Positions 35,451-44,872 of a stretch of 64,000 bases of DNA are shown one piece after another. The number at the start of each line of letters is the position of its first letter. The first letter of the stretch is position 1. The stretch comes from an uncultured Pseudomonadota bacterium (lineage in GTDB: Bacteria > Pseudomonadota > Alphaproteobacteria > Rs-D84), in NCBI GenBank assembly GCA_949290785.1, contig CASETE010000013.1:72361-136360 (forward strand), written 5' to 3'. The notes under the pieces were generated by a model. It had not been told where the DNA came from and searched no databases. It worked only from the letters and a program-made list of their open reading frames with translations. The translations under genes were made by a program, and so were the position numbers.

Positions 35451-37199
35451 TTAATGCTCATGTTCTTCGGTTTTGTGTTCCGGCTGATAAATTTCTACGT
35501 CGCGCGTCATGGCAATGAATTTTTCTGCACGACGTTTAGACATCTCTTCGGCGGGTTGCTTTTGCAAATCAAGAATGTGTTCTGTAACGGCGTTTGCTAA
35601 CAACTCCATCGTGGTTTGCCAGTCTGTGTGAGCGCCGCCCGCCGGTTCGTTGATTATCTGATCAATTACATTTAAATCCGCCATATCGCGCGCGGTTAGT
35701 TTCATTGCTTCCGCAGCGTCGGCTTTGTATTTGTTGTCTTTCCATAATATGCTGGCACAAGATTCCGGGGCAATCACGGAATATATGGAGTTCTCTAACA
35801 TTAATACCCTGTCGCCTGTACCAATGGCAATCGCGCCGCCACTGCCGCCCTCGCCCACATTGACCGCAACATATGGCGTATTTATTGAAAGACCCGTTGC
35901 TATAGAAGAAGCGACTGCTTGCGATTGACCGCGTTCTTCGGCTGCGCCGCCCGCAAATGCACCCGCAGTATCAAACAATGATATCAATGGCAGTTTGAAC
36001 TTTTCAGCAAGACGCATAAGTCTTTGGGCTTTACGATAGCCTTCGGGATTCGGCATGCCAAAACGATGGAATTGGCGCGTCTCTATTGTGCGACCTTTTT
36101 CTTGACCAATTATAACCGCAGGAATACCACGCCAAAATCCCAGACCGCCGCACATGGCTGGGTCTTCACCGAACAGTCTGTCGCCTGCTAGGTATGTCCA
36201 ATCATCAACAATACCATTTATGTAATCCAAGAAGTGAGGGCGGTTTTCATTTCTGGCAAGTAACACCTTGTCGTAGGCCTCGTTTTCGCCCATACCACGA
36301 ACTTTTTTCGTATCTGTGATAGGTGTTGTTACGTTGATTGTTTTTGGGTCGCGGGATTGTTTTGTTAAAACCGCTAAGATTTTTTCTATTTTCGCTTTTA
36401 ATTCGTCACGAGGTACCACCATGTCTACCATTCCGTGCTCGTACAAATAGTCTGCGGTCTGGAAATTAGATGGTAATTTTTCGCGAATATTTTGTTCAAT
36501 GACGCGACGACCCGCAAAACCAATGCGAGCGCCCTTTTCAGCAATATGAATGTCGCCCAACATTGCAAAAGATGCGGTTACACCACCAAAAGTTGGGTCT
36601 GTTAATAGCACTATATAAGGAATGCCATTTGCATGCAGTTTATTCACAGCGACAGTTGTGCGCGCCATTTGCATCAATGACAAGATGTTTTCTTGCATTC
36701 TTGCGCCGCCACTGCATGTAACCATTATAAATGGTTGTTTAAGTTCTATGGCATGTTCCATGCTGGCAACAATACCGTCGCCTGCAGCACGTCCCATAGA
36801 GCCTAACATAAAATCGCCGTTTAATATACAAATAGTCGTCGGAACACCGCCAATAAAGCCGTCAGCCGTTGTTATTGCGTCGTTATATCCTGTGTCAGCC
36901 CTGGCTTCTGCCAGACGGTCTTTGTATGACATACGGTCTACAAAATTTAACGGGTCATCGGATACGGTTGGCAATTTTAATTTAACCCACTCGTTATTAT
37001 CAAACAACAAATCAAAACGCTGTTTTGGCGTCATTATAAATGCGCGACCGCATCTGGGACATATATAATTATTGCTTTTATAATCTTTGTAATATACTAA
37101 GCGACCACACGCTTCGCATTTTATCCACATTAAACGACGAACGCGTTCATAGCGCTCGCGGTTACGATTCTTTATACCTGCTTTTTTACCAAATAACAT
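35451..37199 (-). CDS. fused acetyl-CoA carboxylase carboxyltransferase, beta (AccD) plus alpha (AccA) in one polypeptide
   Basis: 582 aa. N-terminal AccD zinc ribbon CEACGRLVYYKDYKSNNYICPRCG and GGARMQE. C-terminal AccA half LARNENRPHFLDY, FGMPNPEGYRKA, DTAGAFAGGAAEERGQ, GEGGSGGA. Confidence 0.88.
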   Translation of the reverse strand: MLFGKKAGIKNRNRERYERVRRLMWIKCEACGRLVYYKDYKSNNYICPRCGRAFIMTPKQRFDLLFDNNEWVKLKLPTVSDDPLNFVDRMSYKDRLAEARADTGYNDAITTADGFIGGVPTTICILNGDFMLGSMGRAAGDGIVASMEHAIELKQPFIMVTCSGGARMQENILSLMQMARTTVAVNKLHANGIPYIVLLTDPTFGGVTASFAMLGDIHIAEKGARIGFAGRRVIEQNIREKLPSNFQTADYLYEHGMVDMVVPRDELKAKIEKILAVLTKQSRDPKTINVTTPITDTKKVRGMGENEAYDKVLLARNENRPHFLDYINGIVDDWTYLAGDRLFGEDPAMCGGLGFWRGIPAVIIGQEKGRTIETRQFHRFGMPNPEGYRKAQRLMRLAEKFKLPLISLFDTAGAFAGGAAEERGQSQAVASSIATGLSINTPYVAVNVGEGGSGGAIAIGTGDRVLMLENSIYSVIAPESCASILWKDNKYKADAAEAMKLTARDMADLNVIDQIINEPAGGAHTDWQTTMELLANAVTEHILDLQKQPAEEMSKRRAEKFIAMTRDVEIYQPEHKTEEHEH

Positions 37200-37202
37200 T
37201 TT

Positions 37203-37487
37203 TTACTCGTTCATTTCTTTTGTTAGTTCACGGCTGGGTTTAAACAAAATAGTGGTACTGGCGTTCAAATGCATTGGCTGACCAGTACAAGGATTATAAC
37301 CAATTTTTGTTGCGCGCGCGCGCGGTTGAAAAGTACCGAATCCACGAATTTCTATTCTATTACCAGATGCAACTGATTCTATCATTTTGTCGGCAACTGT
37401 ATCTAATATAGCTGCTGCGTCAGCAAAGCGCATATGTTTGAATTGTACCTGCATAGATCTTATAATATCAGAACGCTTCATAATCAT
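37203..37487 (-). CDS. ihfB: integration host factor beta subunit / HU-family DNA-binding protein
   Basis: 94 aa. IEIRGFGTF, GYNPCTGQPMHLNASTTILFKPSREL. Confidence 0.85.
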   Translation of the reverse strand: MIMKRSDIIRSMQVQFKHMRFADAAAILDTVADKMIESVASGNRIEIRGFGTFQPRARATKIGYNPCTGQPMHLNASTTILFKPSRELTKEMNE

Positions 37488-37662
37488 AATCCTTTTTATT
37501 TGCTTAACTACTATATTATTTATATCTTAGCATTTTATCAAGAATAAAGTTGTTTCCATATATAAACATTTTTTTCGTATTAAGAAAGCATACCTGTTTA
37601 TGCGTATCTGCCGCGAGCGTTATAATATAATCATAACAAACTTAGTAAAAAGGAGAGAAAAA

Positions 37663-38415
37663 ATGTGCGAAATTTGTGGACACAATCACATACCAACAAT
37701 GCCCTTGATAGGCGATAAAGCACCGGCATTCAGCGCAAATACAACCAATGGTAATATAAATTTTCCTGATGACTATTCAGGTAAATGGGTGATTCTGTTT
37801 TCTCATCCGGCAGATTTTACCCCGATATGTACAACAGAGTTTATGACCTTTCAAAGCATGATACAAGACTTTAAAAAATTAAATACGGAAATTATCGGGC
37901 TGTCTATTGGTACTCTGACTGGGCACCTTGCTTGGATACACGCGATTAAGAATATTGAATACAATGGTTGGCATGATATGAATATAACCTTCCCCATTAT
38001 TGACGATATGAATATGCAGATTGCAAAACAATACGGTATGTTACACCCAAACGCGTCAGACGGAAAAACCGTTCGCGCTGTTTTTATTATTGACCCCAAC
38101 GGTATAATAAGAACGATTTTGTATTATCCTTTGACAACCGGCAGAAACTTTGAAGAGATTAAACGTATTTTAATAGCCTTGCAGACAACTGATGCATTTC
38201 AAATCGCTACGCCGGCGGATTGGTATCCTGGCGATGATGTTGTCGTGCCTGCCCCCAGCACAACGGACGATATGATAAAACGTCTAAACAGACACGATAA
38301 AACGTTAGATGTAAAAGCATGGTTCTTGACTTTTAAAAAATTGAAAGAAAACGATATTTATACCAAGTTAACAACCGGACCTAAAAAAAACGCAAAAAAA
38401 GAAATAACAAAATAA
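37663..38415 (+). CDS. peroxiredoxin (Prx6-like)
   Basis: ATG 37663 follows AAGGAG. WVILFSHPADFTPICTTEF peroxidatic Cys motif. N-terminal CEICGH extension and Lys-rich tail. Confidence 0.88.
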   Translation: MCEICGHNHIPTMPLIGDKAPAFSANTTNGNINFPDDYSGKWVILFSHPADFTPICTTEFMTFQSMIQDFKKLNTEIIGLSIGTLTGHLAWIHAIKNIEYNGWHDMNITFPIIDDMNMQIAKQYGMLHPNASDGKTVRAVFIIDPNGIIRTILYYPLTTGRNFEEIKRILIALQTTDAFQIATPADWYPGDDVVVPAPSTTDDMIKRLNRHDKTLDVKAWFLTFKKLKENDIYTKLTTGPKKNAKKEITK

Positions 38416-38416
38416 A

Positions 38417-38443
38417 AGGCGGTGATAATATTCACCGCTTTTT
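38417..38443. terminator. bidirectional intrinsic terminator
   Basis: GCGGTGA-TAATAT-TCACCGC hairpin with flanking A/T runs. Confidence 0.65.
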
Positions 38444-38783
38444 AAAATACCAGCGGTAAATCCCTTATGTCAAAAGGCGCATCTTCTGATTCTGGTCGCC
38501 ATTGATAAAGTTCCATTTTGACTTTTTTGTCCTTATCAAATTTTACGCCTTCGGATTTCAAAGATTTATATTGTTCGTCAAAGAACCCCGAACATAAACT
38601 ACCATCTTTAAAAACAACGCGATGCCACGGCAGATGCCAACTATTTTTATTGTTTGAAGCATAACCGACAAAGCGCGCCATGCGCGGGCGACCGATCATT
38701 GCTGCGATTTGTCCAAACGTTGCCACGCGTCCTGCTGGGATTCTGGCAACGATATCGTAAACCTGTTCGTTAAATGTTTTCAT
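38442..38783 (-). CDS. alkyltransferase-like (ATL) / MGMT-family DNA-binding protein lacking the acceptor Cys
   Basis: IPAGRVATFGQIAAMIG, then PWHRVV where Ogt/Ada has PCHRV. Start moved to ATG 38783 because the track extension overlaps a tRNA. Confidence 0.75.
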   Translation of the reverse strand: MKTFNEQVYDIVARIPAGRVATFGQIAAMIGRPRMARFVGYASNNKNSWHLPWHRVVFKDGSLCSGFFDEQYKSLKSEGVKFDKDKKVKMELYQWRPESEDAPFDIRDLPLVF

Positions 38784-38800
38784 TGCTAGATGATATAAAG

Positions 38801-38890
38801 TGGCGGAGACGAAGGGATTTGAACCCTTGATACAGTTGCCTGTATACACGATTTCGAGTCGCGCGCATTCAACCACTCTGCCACGTCTCC
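38801..38890 (-). tRNA. tRNA-Ser (anticodon CGA)
   Basis: Minus strand reads GGAGACGTGGCAGAGTGGTTGAATGC...CGCGA-CTCGAAA-TCGTG, long variable arm, GGTTCAAATCC T-loop, and CCA is encoded. Confidence 0.88.
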
Positions 38891-38947
38891 AACGAGGTCA
38901 ATTATACAAATAACTATATGTTTTGCAAGCGTTTAAAAGTAAGTTTT

Positions 38948-40099
38948 TTATACATCAAAATTATAAGCTTTTACAGACTTTACAATCGCGTTAACCAGTT
39001 TGTCTTGATGCGATGCACTTGTTAATAATTTCTCTTCCGTTGCATTAGATAAATGCCCCAGTTCCAACAATGCGCCCGGAACGGTTGAGCGAAGAACAGC
39101 AAACGGTGCATGTCTTACGTCCGGTCCCGGTTGTTGCGTTATTTTCATTGATTTAAATTGTTTCGCGCAACCGTTGGCGTATTCAACAGACATCTCTGCA
39201 ACCGCGTGTTGTTGTAATGCAGACAAAGCAACGCGAATGTCTTTATCAAATTGTTCAAATCCGCTGACATCTATCTTATCCGCCGCATTTTCTGCGTCGG
39301 CAAGTTTTTGCGCCTCTTCGTCAGATGCTTTTTCAGATAACGTATATATTGAAAAACCTTTCATAGAACGGCTGGGGTTGGCGTTCGCATGTAGAGATAA
39401 AAACAAATCAGCACGTTTCTTTTCGCCAATTTCTGCACGTTGCGCCAATTTTAAATACGTATCACCACTACGTGTTAAATACGTTTTGAAACCTGCAGCG
39501 TCTAATTTGGTTTTTAACTTTTTTGCAACCGCTAATACAACTGTTTTTTCTTTTGTACCGTTTTTCCCGATACATCCTGGGTCCTTGCCGCCATGGCCCG
39601 CGTCTATCACAATCGTATATTTTTCTGTTGAAACAGACTTTTGTTGTTGGGTATTCGTCTTGGCAACCGACCCTGGTTGACCTGCAACAAAGTCAATAAC
39701 TAATCTATAATCATTATCACCGTTGGGTGACAATATCATAATCTGCCCCTTTGGGATTTCGTTTATGGGTTTTGATAAATTTGCGATAATTTGTAGTTTG
39801 TCACCAACCTGTGCTTGCGTAATTGATTTGACCAAAGTACCCGATACTAACGTTGGCGCCAAAGAAGCGTTAGCAGACGTATTTGATAACGTTACAATTA
39901 ATTGGTTGGCAGGATAAGATAATGAATAAGACGGTCTTTGAGATGTTTCTATGACCAAACGCGTTTTATTACCAGGTTGTAAACCTGTTCTGACCGTACG
40001 TAAAGAATTTCGTGCGGCAAAAGCCATTTTTGGCATTAATGCAATCGCCAATGTACAAAAACCGGTAACTTGTAAAATGGTCCTTCTTGAAACTTTCAT
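38948..40099 (-). CDS. amiC: N-acetylmuramoyl-L-alanine amidase (AmiC-like) with Tat signal
   Basis: Twin-arginine signal MKVSRRTILQ...AFAA, AMIN-like N-domain, Amidase_3 core IVIDAGHGGKDPG, LSLHANA. Confidence 0.9.
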   Translation of the reverse strand: MKVSRRTILQVTGFCTLAIALMPKMAFAARNSLRTVRTGLQPGNKTRLVIETSQRPSYSLSYPANQLIVTLSNTSANASLAPTLVSGTLVKSITQAQVGDKLQIIANLSKPINEIPKGQIMILSPNGDNDYRLVIDFVAGQPGSVAKTNTQQQKSVSTEKYTIVIDAGHGGKDPGCIGKNGTKEKTVVLAVAKKLKTKLDAAGFKTYLTRSGDTYLKLAQRAEIGEKKRADLFLSLHANANPSRSMKGFSIYTLSEKASDEEAQKLADAENAADKIDVSGFEQFDKDIRVALSALQQHAVAEMSVEYANGCAKQFKSMKITQQPGPDVRHAPFAVLRSTVPGALLELGHLSNATEEKLLTSASHQDKLVNAIVKSVKAYNFDV

Positions 40100-40188
40100 T
40101 GTGAATGAATTATATCAAATTTTACATATATGTTCAAGTGTATAACAGGAAAAAGTTCTATAAAAAAACACCCAACTGGGTGTTTACT

Positions 40189-41436
40189 TTATTTACTGAT
40201 GCAGTTCGCAAACGATTGAGCCACAAACGATGTTTCTATACTGCTTAGAGTTGCAACCGGTATGATGAAGCACCGTGAACTGTCACGAATAATAAACACC
40301 TTGGTGCCACGTTTGTATGCTGTTTGCATGTCGTCCATTTGCGCGCTGGTCAAGAAAGCATTTTGTGTTGTTGCAGGGTTGGTCAGGCCAGCTTGAACGA
40401 CTTGGAACGCTGTGTTATAGTCGTTTATTTCAGATAAAGACGTAACTTCCATATAAACGCTCCAATTTTCATATGGATTTTCTGTGGTTTTTGTTGCAGT
40501 TGGGAATGCCACGCCTGTTGCCAATGCTGCCGCCGTTTGTAACGTAGTCGGCTCAGATGAGTTTGAAGTAGGATGAGATACCGTGTTTAATTGTAGATTA
40601 TCACCACATGCCGTATTCATTCTATTTACATAACTGGCAACGACCCCGTCAACTGCGGCTTGCCAATCTTCGCTCTTTTTATTCAAGTCCAGATTTACAA
40701 TTTTTTCCGCCCAACCCCATATGTTAGCGCCGACATTGCCGGCATTTGCAAATCGCGTAACCATTTCAGCAGAACCACCAGGAACACCTGCCCCACACGC
40801 GTCTGTTAATTGTGACGTCAACATGCTGCTGGTTTCATTACCATAAGCCAATGCAACTGCCTGACAGGCCAATGCTGCTTCTAATTCTTGGCGGCGTTGT
40901 ATGCACAAATCTGAACGGGACTTGGATAATTTATCTGCCATGTTCGCCATAGACAAATAAGACATAACTTCTTGTTGAACATAAGGTAAACATAATCTTG
41001 CAGCTGTATTCATTCCGCCAGAACCAGTTCTGGTGTTAACGTTGTATTGCGGCAACAAGACGCTTGTATCTTTTTGAATGCACAACAAAGTATAGTTATA
41101 CAGTTCGTTTTCTGTTATATATTGGCATCTGCCAGAAGTCTGACCTGGTAAAACTGTGACGTCACCGCAATATTCTGATAAGCAATTGTAAATTCTTTCA
41201 CGGCACGCTGAATCAACATCCGGTTGCGTAACCATATAATAAGTATTGCGTTGATTCTGAACATAGGCGTTCGCCAGCCCTTGATTACCACGAAGTCCGT
41301 TTGTCGTTGTGGGCGTGGTTACAGAAACATTTCTTGATAAATCAGATGCACCAACAGTACCGGCAGAAACGGCCATAGCATCTGCTGCGCCAAAACTTAT
41401 TAATAATAAACTTGCCAGAAAAGCGGTATTTTTCAT
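40189..41436 (-). CDS. secreted protein, paralog of the 1234-3717 product N-terminal region
   Basis: Signal peptide MKNTAFLASLLLISFGAADA/MA. LSRNVSVTT then ACRERIYNCLSEYC (41167-41208), parallel to VSRNAVSTT and ACREAYATCMDQFC in ORF 1234-3717. Confidence 0.7.
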   Translation of the reverse strand: MKNTAFLASLLLISFGAADAMAVSAGTVGASDLSRNVSVTTPTTTNGLRGNQGLANAYVQNQRNTYYMVTQPDVDSACRERIYNCLSEYCGDVTVLPGQTSGRCQYITENELYNYTLLCIQKDTSVLLPQYNVNTRTGSGGMNTAARLCLPYVQQEVMSYLSMANMADKLSKSRSDLCIQRRQELEAALACQAVALAYGNETSSMLTSQLTDACGAGVPGGSAEMVTRFANAGNVGANIWGWAEKIVNLDLNKKSEDWQAAVDGVVASYVNRMNTACGDNLQLNTVSHPTSNSSEPTTLQTAAALATGVAFPTATKTTENPYENWSVYMEVTSLSEINDYNTAFQVVQAGLTNPATTQNAFLTSAQMDDMQTAYKRGTKVFIIRDSSRCFIIPVATLSSIETSFVAQSFANCISK

Positions 41437-41564
41437 TACAAATCCTCTCTCGTTAAAGAAATTTTATCATATTATAACAAAAAAGGCAAACATTCATTTA
41501 TCAAAATTGTTTGTTAGGATTAAAGTATTGATTTAAAAAAATTAAATTGTTATTATGCCGAATA

Positions 41565-42642
41565 ATGATTATGCCTAATGAACTTTTAACTCAAATTTCA
41601 GACGACATTTCTGCCGTCAGGGGGTTTCTTTGACCCAGAAAAACTTCAGACGGAAATTTCCGATTTAAAAATCAAAACATCTGATCCAGATTTGTGGAAC
41701 AATCCTGAAAACGCAAGGGGTTTGTTGCAAAAACAATCGGGCTTGGAAAAATCTTTAACAGAACTAAGGAATCTAGAAACAGAATATACAAATCTACAAG
41801 AATTATATTCTATGGCGCCCGATGATTCAGATGTAATAAGCGCAATTGAAAAATTGGCAGACCAAGCGCACAAGGCAAAATTTATAACGCTATTTCGTGA
41901 ACCCGCAGATAACAACGGTGCCTTTCTTTTTATCCAAGCCGGCGCTGGGGGAACCGAGGCACAAGATTGGGCACAAATGCTGTCTAGGATGTATGCGAGA
42001 TGGGCAGAAAGACACGGATTTACGTGTGACATCATAGAAGAACACGAAGGTGATACAGCCGGTATAAAAAACATAACTTACAGAATTACTGGTGAACGCG
42101 CATACGGATGGCTTAAAAACGAAATAGGCGTTCATAGACTGGTCAGGATATCGCCTTTTAACGCCAACGGCAAACGGCAAACAAGTTTTGCTTCCGTTGA
42201 CGTGTGGCCCGATATAGACGACTCTATACAGATAGAGATAAACGATAAAGACTTGCGCATAGATACATATCGTTCGTCTGGCGCTGGTGGGCAACATGTT
42301 AATAAAACCGACAGTGCGGTACGTATAACTCACCTGCCCACGAATACAGTTGTTACTTGCCAGAACGAACGTAGCCAAATACAAAACAAAGAAATGGCAA
42401 TGAAAATGTTGCGCAGTAAATTATACGAGTTAGAATTGCAAAAACGGGCCGAGGCAGAAAACGCGCTATTGGCTACGCAAAAAAAGATTGAATGGGGCAG
42501 CCAAATACGTAATTATGTACTGTACCCGTATCAATTAGTAAAAGATGTTCGAACAGGGGTAGAGAAAACAGATTCAGAAGCTGTTTTGGATGGAGACTTG
42601 GACGACTTTATGATTGCATCATTGCAAAGCAATGAAAGGTAA
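41565..42642 (+). CDS. prfB: peptide chain release factor 2, requires programmed +1 frameshift at 41631
   Basis: Frame 0 reads ATG (41565 or 41571)...AGG GGG TTT CTT TGA. The +1 frame continues DPEKLQTEISDLK...DLWNNPENA into the 316-aa track ORF, which carries SPF and GGQHVNKTDSAVR motifs. Confidence 0.93.
41619..41634 (+). promoter_or_regulatory. RF2 autoregulatory +1 frameshift site
   Basis: AGGGGG (SD-like, 41619-41624), TTT, then CTT TGA C (41628-41634). Same layout as E. coli AGGGGGTATCTTTGAC. Confidence 0.9.
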
Positions 42643-42655
42643 AGGAGACAAACAA

Positions 42656-43423
42656 ATGAATACCCCAACGTTTCATGAATGTTATAATATTCTAAGAAAT
42701 TCTATGTACTGTGTTTCTGACATACAGGTGCCTCATATACAAGGAAATTCAAATAGAGTATTTATTGTTAAAACGCCTAATGACGATTATGTGTGCAAGT
42801 TCAACGAAATACAAAATTTGAATAAAGATATGGCGGTTAATCAGTTATATCATAAATATGGTATAAACATGCCGAACTTGCAGTTAAAATCTGCCGCAGG
42901 ATATTTGTTTGAGTTTTACAAGTTTATACCAGCCAGAACGATGTTTGAACATTTAAGTACTGGCATATCAACACAAAACATTCAAAAAATTTATGCGAAT
43001 CTTATCGCGCAATTTATAAAAATGTCGAACATTTCCAAAAAAGAAATCATTCAAATATGCGCTTCGCATAAAAATATTATTCATATCGGTCATAAAGATA
43101 ATGATGTAAGTTTATCGGATTTTCTGACTGATGGTATATATCATTGCGATATGACGCCGAAAAACATAATTTTGAATGATGCGGGCGAGTTTGTGTCATT
43201 GATAGATCATGCAAAAATATCGTTTGTTGATAAACATTACGCTTTCAGCAGAATGGCCTTGCCTTATCACAAAATGGGGTTTGATATAGAAGACCTTATC
43301 AATGCACATAACAATAATGCTGACAAACAATTAAAAGCGGATAAGATTTATACAACGTTAAACAAAATGTGCCAACAAGACGAGTTCGTTCTGCCAAAGT
43401 TTATACATATAAATACAAGATAA
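42656..43423 (+). CDS. protein-kinase-like / aminoglycoside-phosphotransferase-fold protein
   Basis: ATG 42656 follows AAGGAG. Catalytic loop IYHCDMTPKNIIL (H-x-D-x4-N) and LIDHA metal motif. Confidence 0.6.
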   Translation: MNTPTFHECYNILRNSMYCVSDIQVPHIQGNSNRVFIVKTPNDDYVCKFNEIQNLNKDMAVNQLYHKYGINMPNLQLKSAAGYLFEFYKFIPARTMFEHLSTGISTQNIQKIYANLIAQFIKMSNISKKEIIQICASHKNIIHIGHKDNDVSLSDFLTDGIYHCDMTPKNIILNDAGEFVSLIDHAKISFVDKHYAFSRMALPYHKMGFDIEDLINAHNNNADKQLKADKIYTTLNKMCQQDEFVLPKFIHINTR

Positions 43424-43449
43424 TGCCATATAAGGCGTAAATCAAAACC

Positions 43450-43477
43450 TTGCTTTTTGTGGCGTGGTATTTATAAT
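43450..43477 (+). promoter_or_regulatory. candidate sigma-70 promoter of tRNA-Arg
   Basis: TTGCTT (43450-43455), 16 nt, TATAAT (43472-43477), 12 nt before the tRNA 5' end. Confidence 0.5.
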
Positions 43478-43489
43478 AATAAAAACTTT

Positions 43490-43566
43490 GCACCCGTGGC
43501 TTAACTGGATAAAGCGTTGCCCTCCGAAGGCAAAGATTGCGCGTTCGAATCGCGCCGGGTGCGCCA
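43490..43566 (+). tRNA. tRNA-Arg (anticodon CCG)
   Basis: GCACCCGTGGCTTAACTGGATAAAGC...TTGCC-CTCCGAA-GGCAA...GCGCGTTCGAATCGCGCCGGGTGCGCCA. Confidence 0.9.
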
Positions 43567-43587
43567 GTTTTACAAGGAGTTTTTTAT

Positions 43588-44031
43588 ATGCGCTACGTAT
43601 TTCCTTTGATTCTTCTATTGTCTGCCTGTAACAGTATTTATGTAAAGCCCAACAGCCTACAAGTTGGCACAACTGTTTATGCTGACCGCGGTGGATACTC
43701 TATGAAACGTAGCGTTAAACAAGAACTTGAAAAGCGCGGTTATAATGTTTTGGTAGGAAAAGCAAAATCCGTTAATGATTTCGGAGAAGACGACATTCAA
43801 TTAGATACTTCTTACGTTCCTAGCAACGCTAAATACATAGTAAAAGTAAAAGAACGCTCAGAAAGACTTGCGCCAGTCTGGTGCGCGTTTAATGGTTTTT
43901 GGTGGTGGAACTTTAACGTTTCTATTGCAGACCAAGATACAGGTGAAGAATTAATGACTTGGCGGGGACGCGGATGTAAAAACAGTTCGCTTAGAAAGTT
44001 AAATAGCATTTTGGATAAAATGGAAAAATAA
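43588..44031 (+). CDS. lipoprotein, function unknown
   Basis: ATG 43588 follows AAGGAG. Lipobox LLLSAC. The track extension upstream overlaps the tRNA. Confidence 0.65.
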   Translation: MRYVFPLILLLSACNSIYVKPNSLQVGTTVYADRGGYSMKRSVKQELEKRGYNVLVGKAKSVNDFGEDDIQLDTSYVPSNAKYIVKVKERSERLAPVWCAFNGFWWWNFNVSIADQDTGEELMTWRGRGCKNSSLRKLNSILDKMEK

Positions 44032-44076
44032 ACAGGTGGCACAATAAAGCCACCTGTAATATTTTGTTTGTTTTAT

Positions 44077-44772
44077 TTAAAACTTATATCGCAAAGACAA
44101 TATAAATTCATGAAATGGTTGATAATCTAATTCTACGTCTGTTTCCGTCGTAGCAGTTCTGGCAATTTCATGCGATATATCGTCTGGCATGCCAACGAAT
44201 CTGTATTTTAAATCTATCATCCAATTATCAGTAACAGCATAAGACACACCGGCCATTATATTATACATAAATCCTAACTCTGAAAACTTTATATCCAGCG
44301 ATTGTGCTGCGTCAGACCGAACGTTTAATTTGAAGTCTGTATACCCCAGACCAAAACCAAGTCCAACGTACGGAGTAAAACCTGTGCCGGTGGCAAAATC
44401 ATAATACATGTTTGCCATCATCTGATAAAAATTGTTTCTTTTCCAATCAAATTCAGAGTCTACATACGCGTCCCTGCCCTTAGAATCTGCGTGTAGATAC
44501 TTATAAGAAAAAGAAAGTTCAGCGCGAACGTTTGTATAAAAATTGGCACCATAACCGATATTAAGACCAAACTCATCATACTTGTCTTTTGATAGTTTTA
44601 TTACGGTATCAATGTCTGTTAGTTCGTTATCTGTTTTTATATGTTGTTTCGTTTCACCGAAACCGTATAAACCACCAACAGAAACGTATTGATTTTTCCA
44701 ATACAAATCTGACGCATATGAATTACTACAAAGTAAAACCATGGCGCCACCTAAAAACATTATTTTTTTCAT
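44077..44772 (-). CDS. outer-membrane beta-barrel protein (OmpA-like/OmpW-like porin family)
   Basis: Signal peptide MKKIMFLGGAMVLLCSNSYA, alternating amphipathic strands, C-terminal LRYKF. Confidence 0.75.
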   Translation of the reverse strand: MKKIMFLGGAMVLLCSNSYASDLYWKNQYVSVGGLYGFGETKQHIKTDNELTDIDTVIKLSKDKYDEFGLNIGYGANFYTNVRAELSFSYKYLHADSKGRDAYVDSEFDWKRNNFYQMMANMYYDFATGTGFTPYVGLGFGLGYTDFKLNVRSDAAQSLDIKFSELGFMYNIMAGVSYAVTDNWMIDLKYRFVGMPDDISHEIARTATTETDVELDYQPFHEFILSLRYKF

Positions 44773-44872
44773 TTTTTTCTCTCCCTTGTTTCACCTGCCC
44801 TAAAATTATAAACATAATCTGATATAAAAAAAGCGGAGAAAATTCCCCGCTTCGTATAAGGCTACATATACC

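Noticed and set aside
39174-39680. 168-aa ORF antisense to amiC
   Set aside because: It is a shadow ORF inside a well-supported amidase gene.
41646-42384. 142-aa and 164-aa ORFs antisense to prfB
   Set aside because: They are shadow ORFs, and prfB on the plus strand is unambiguous.
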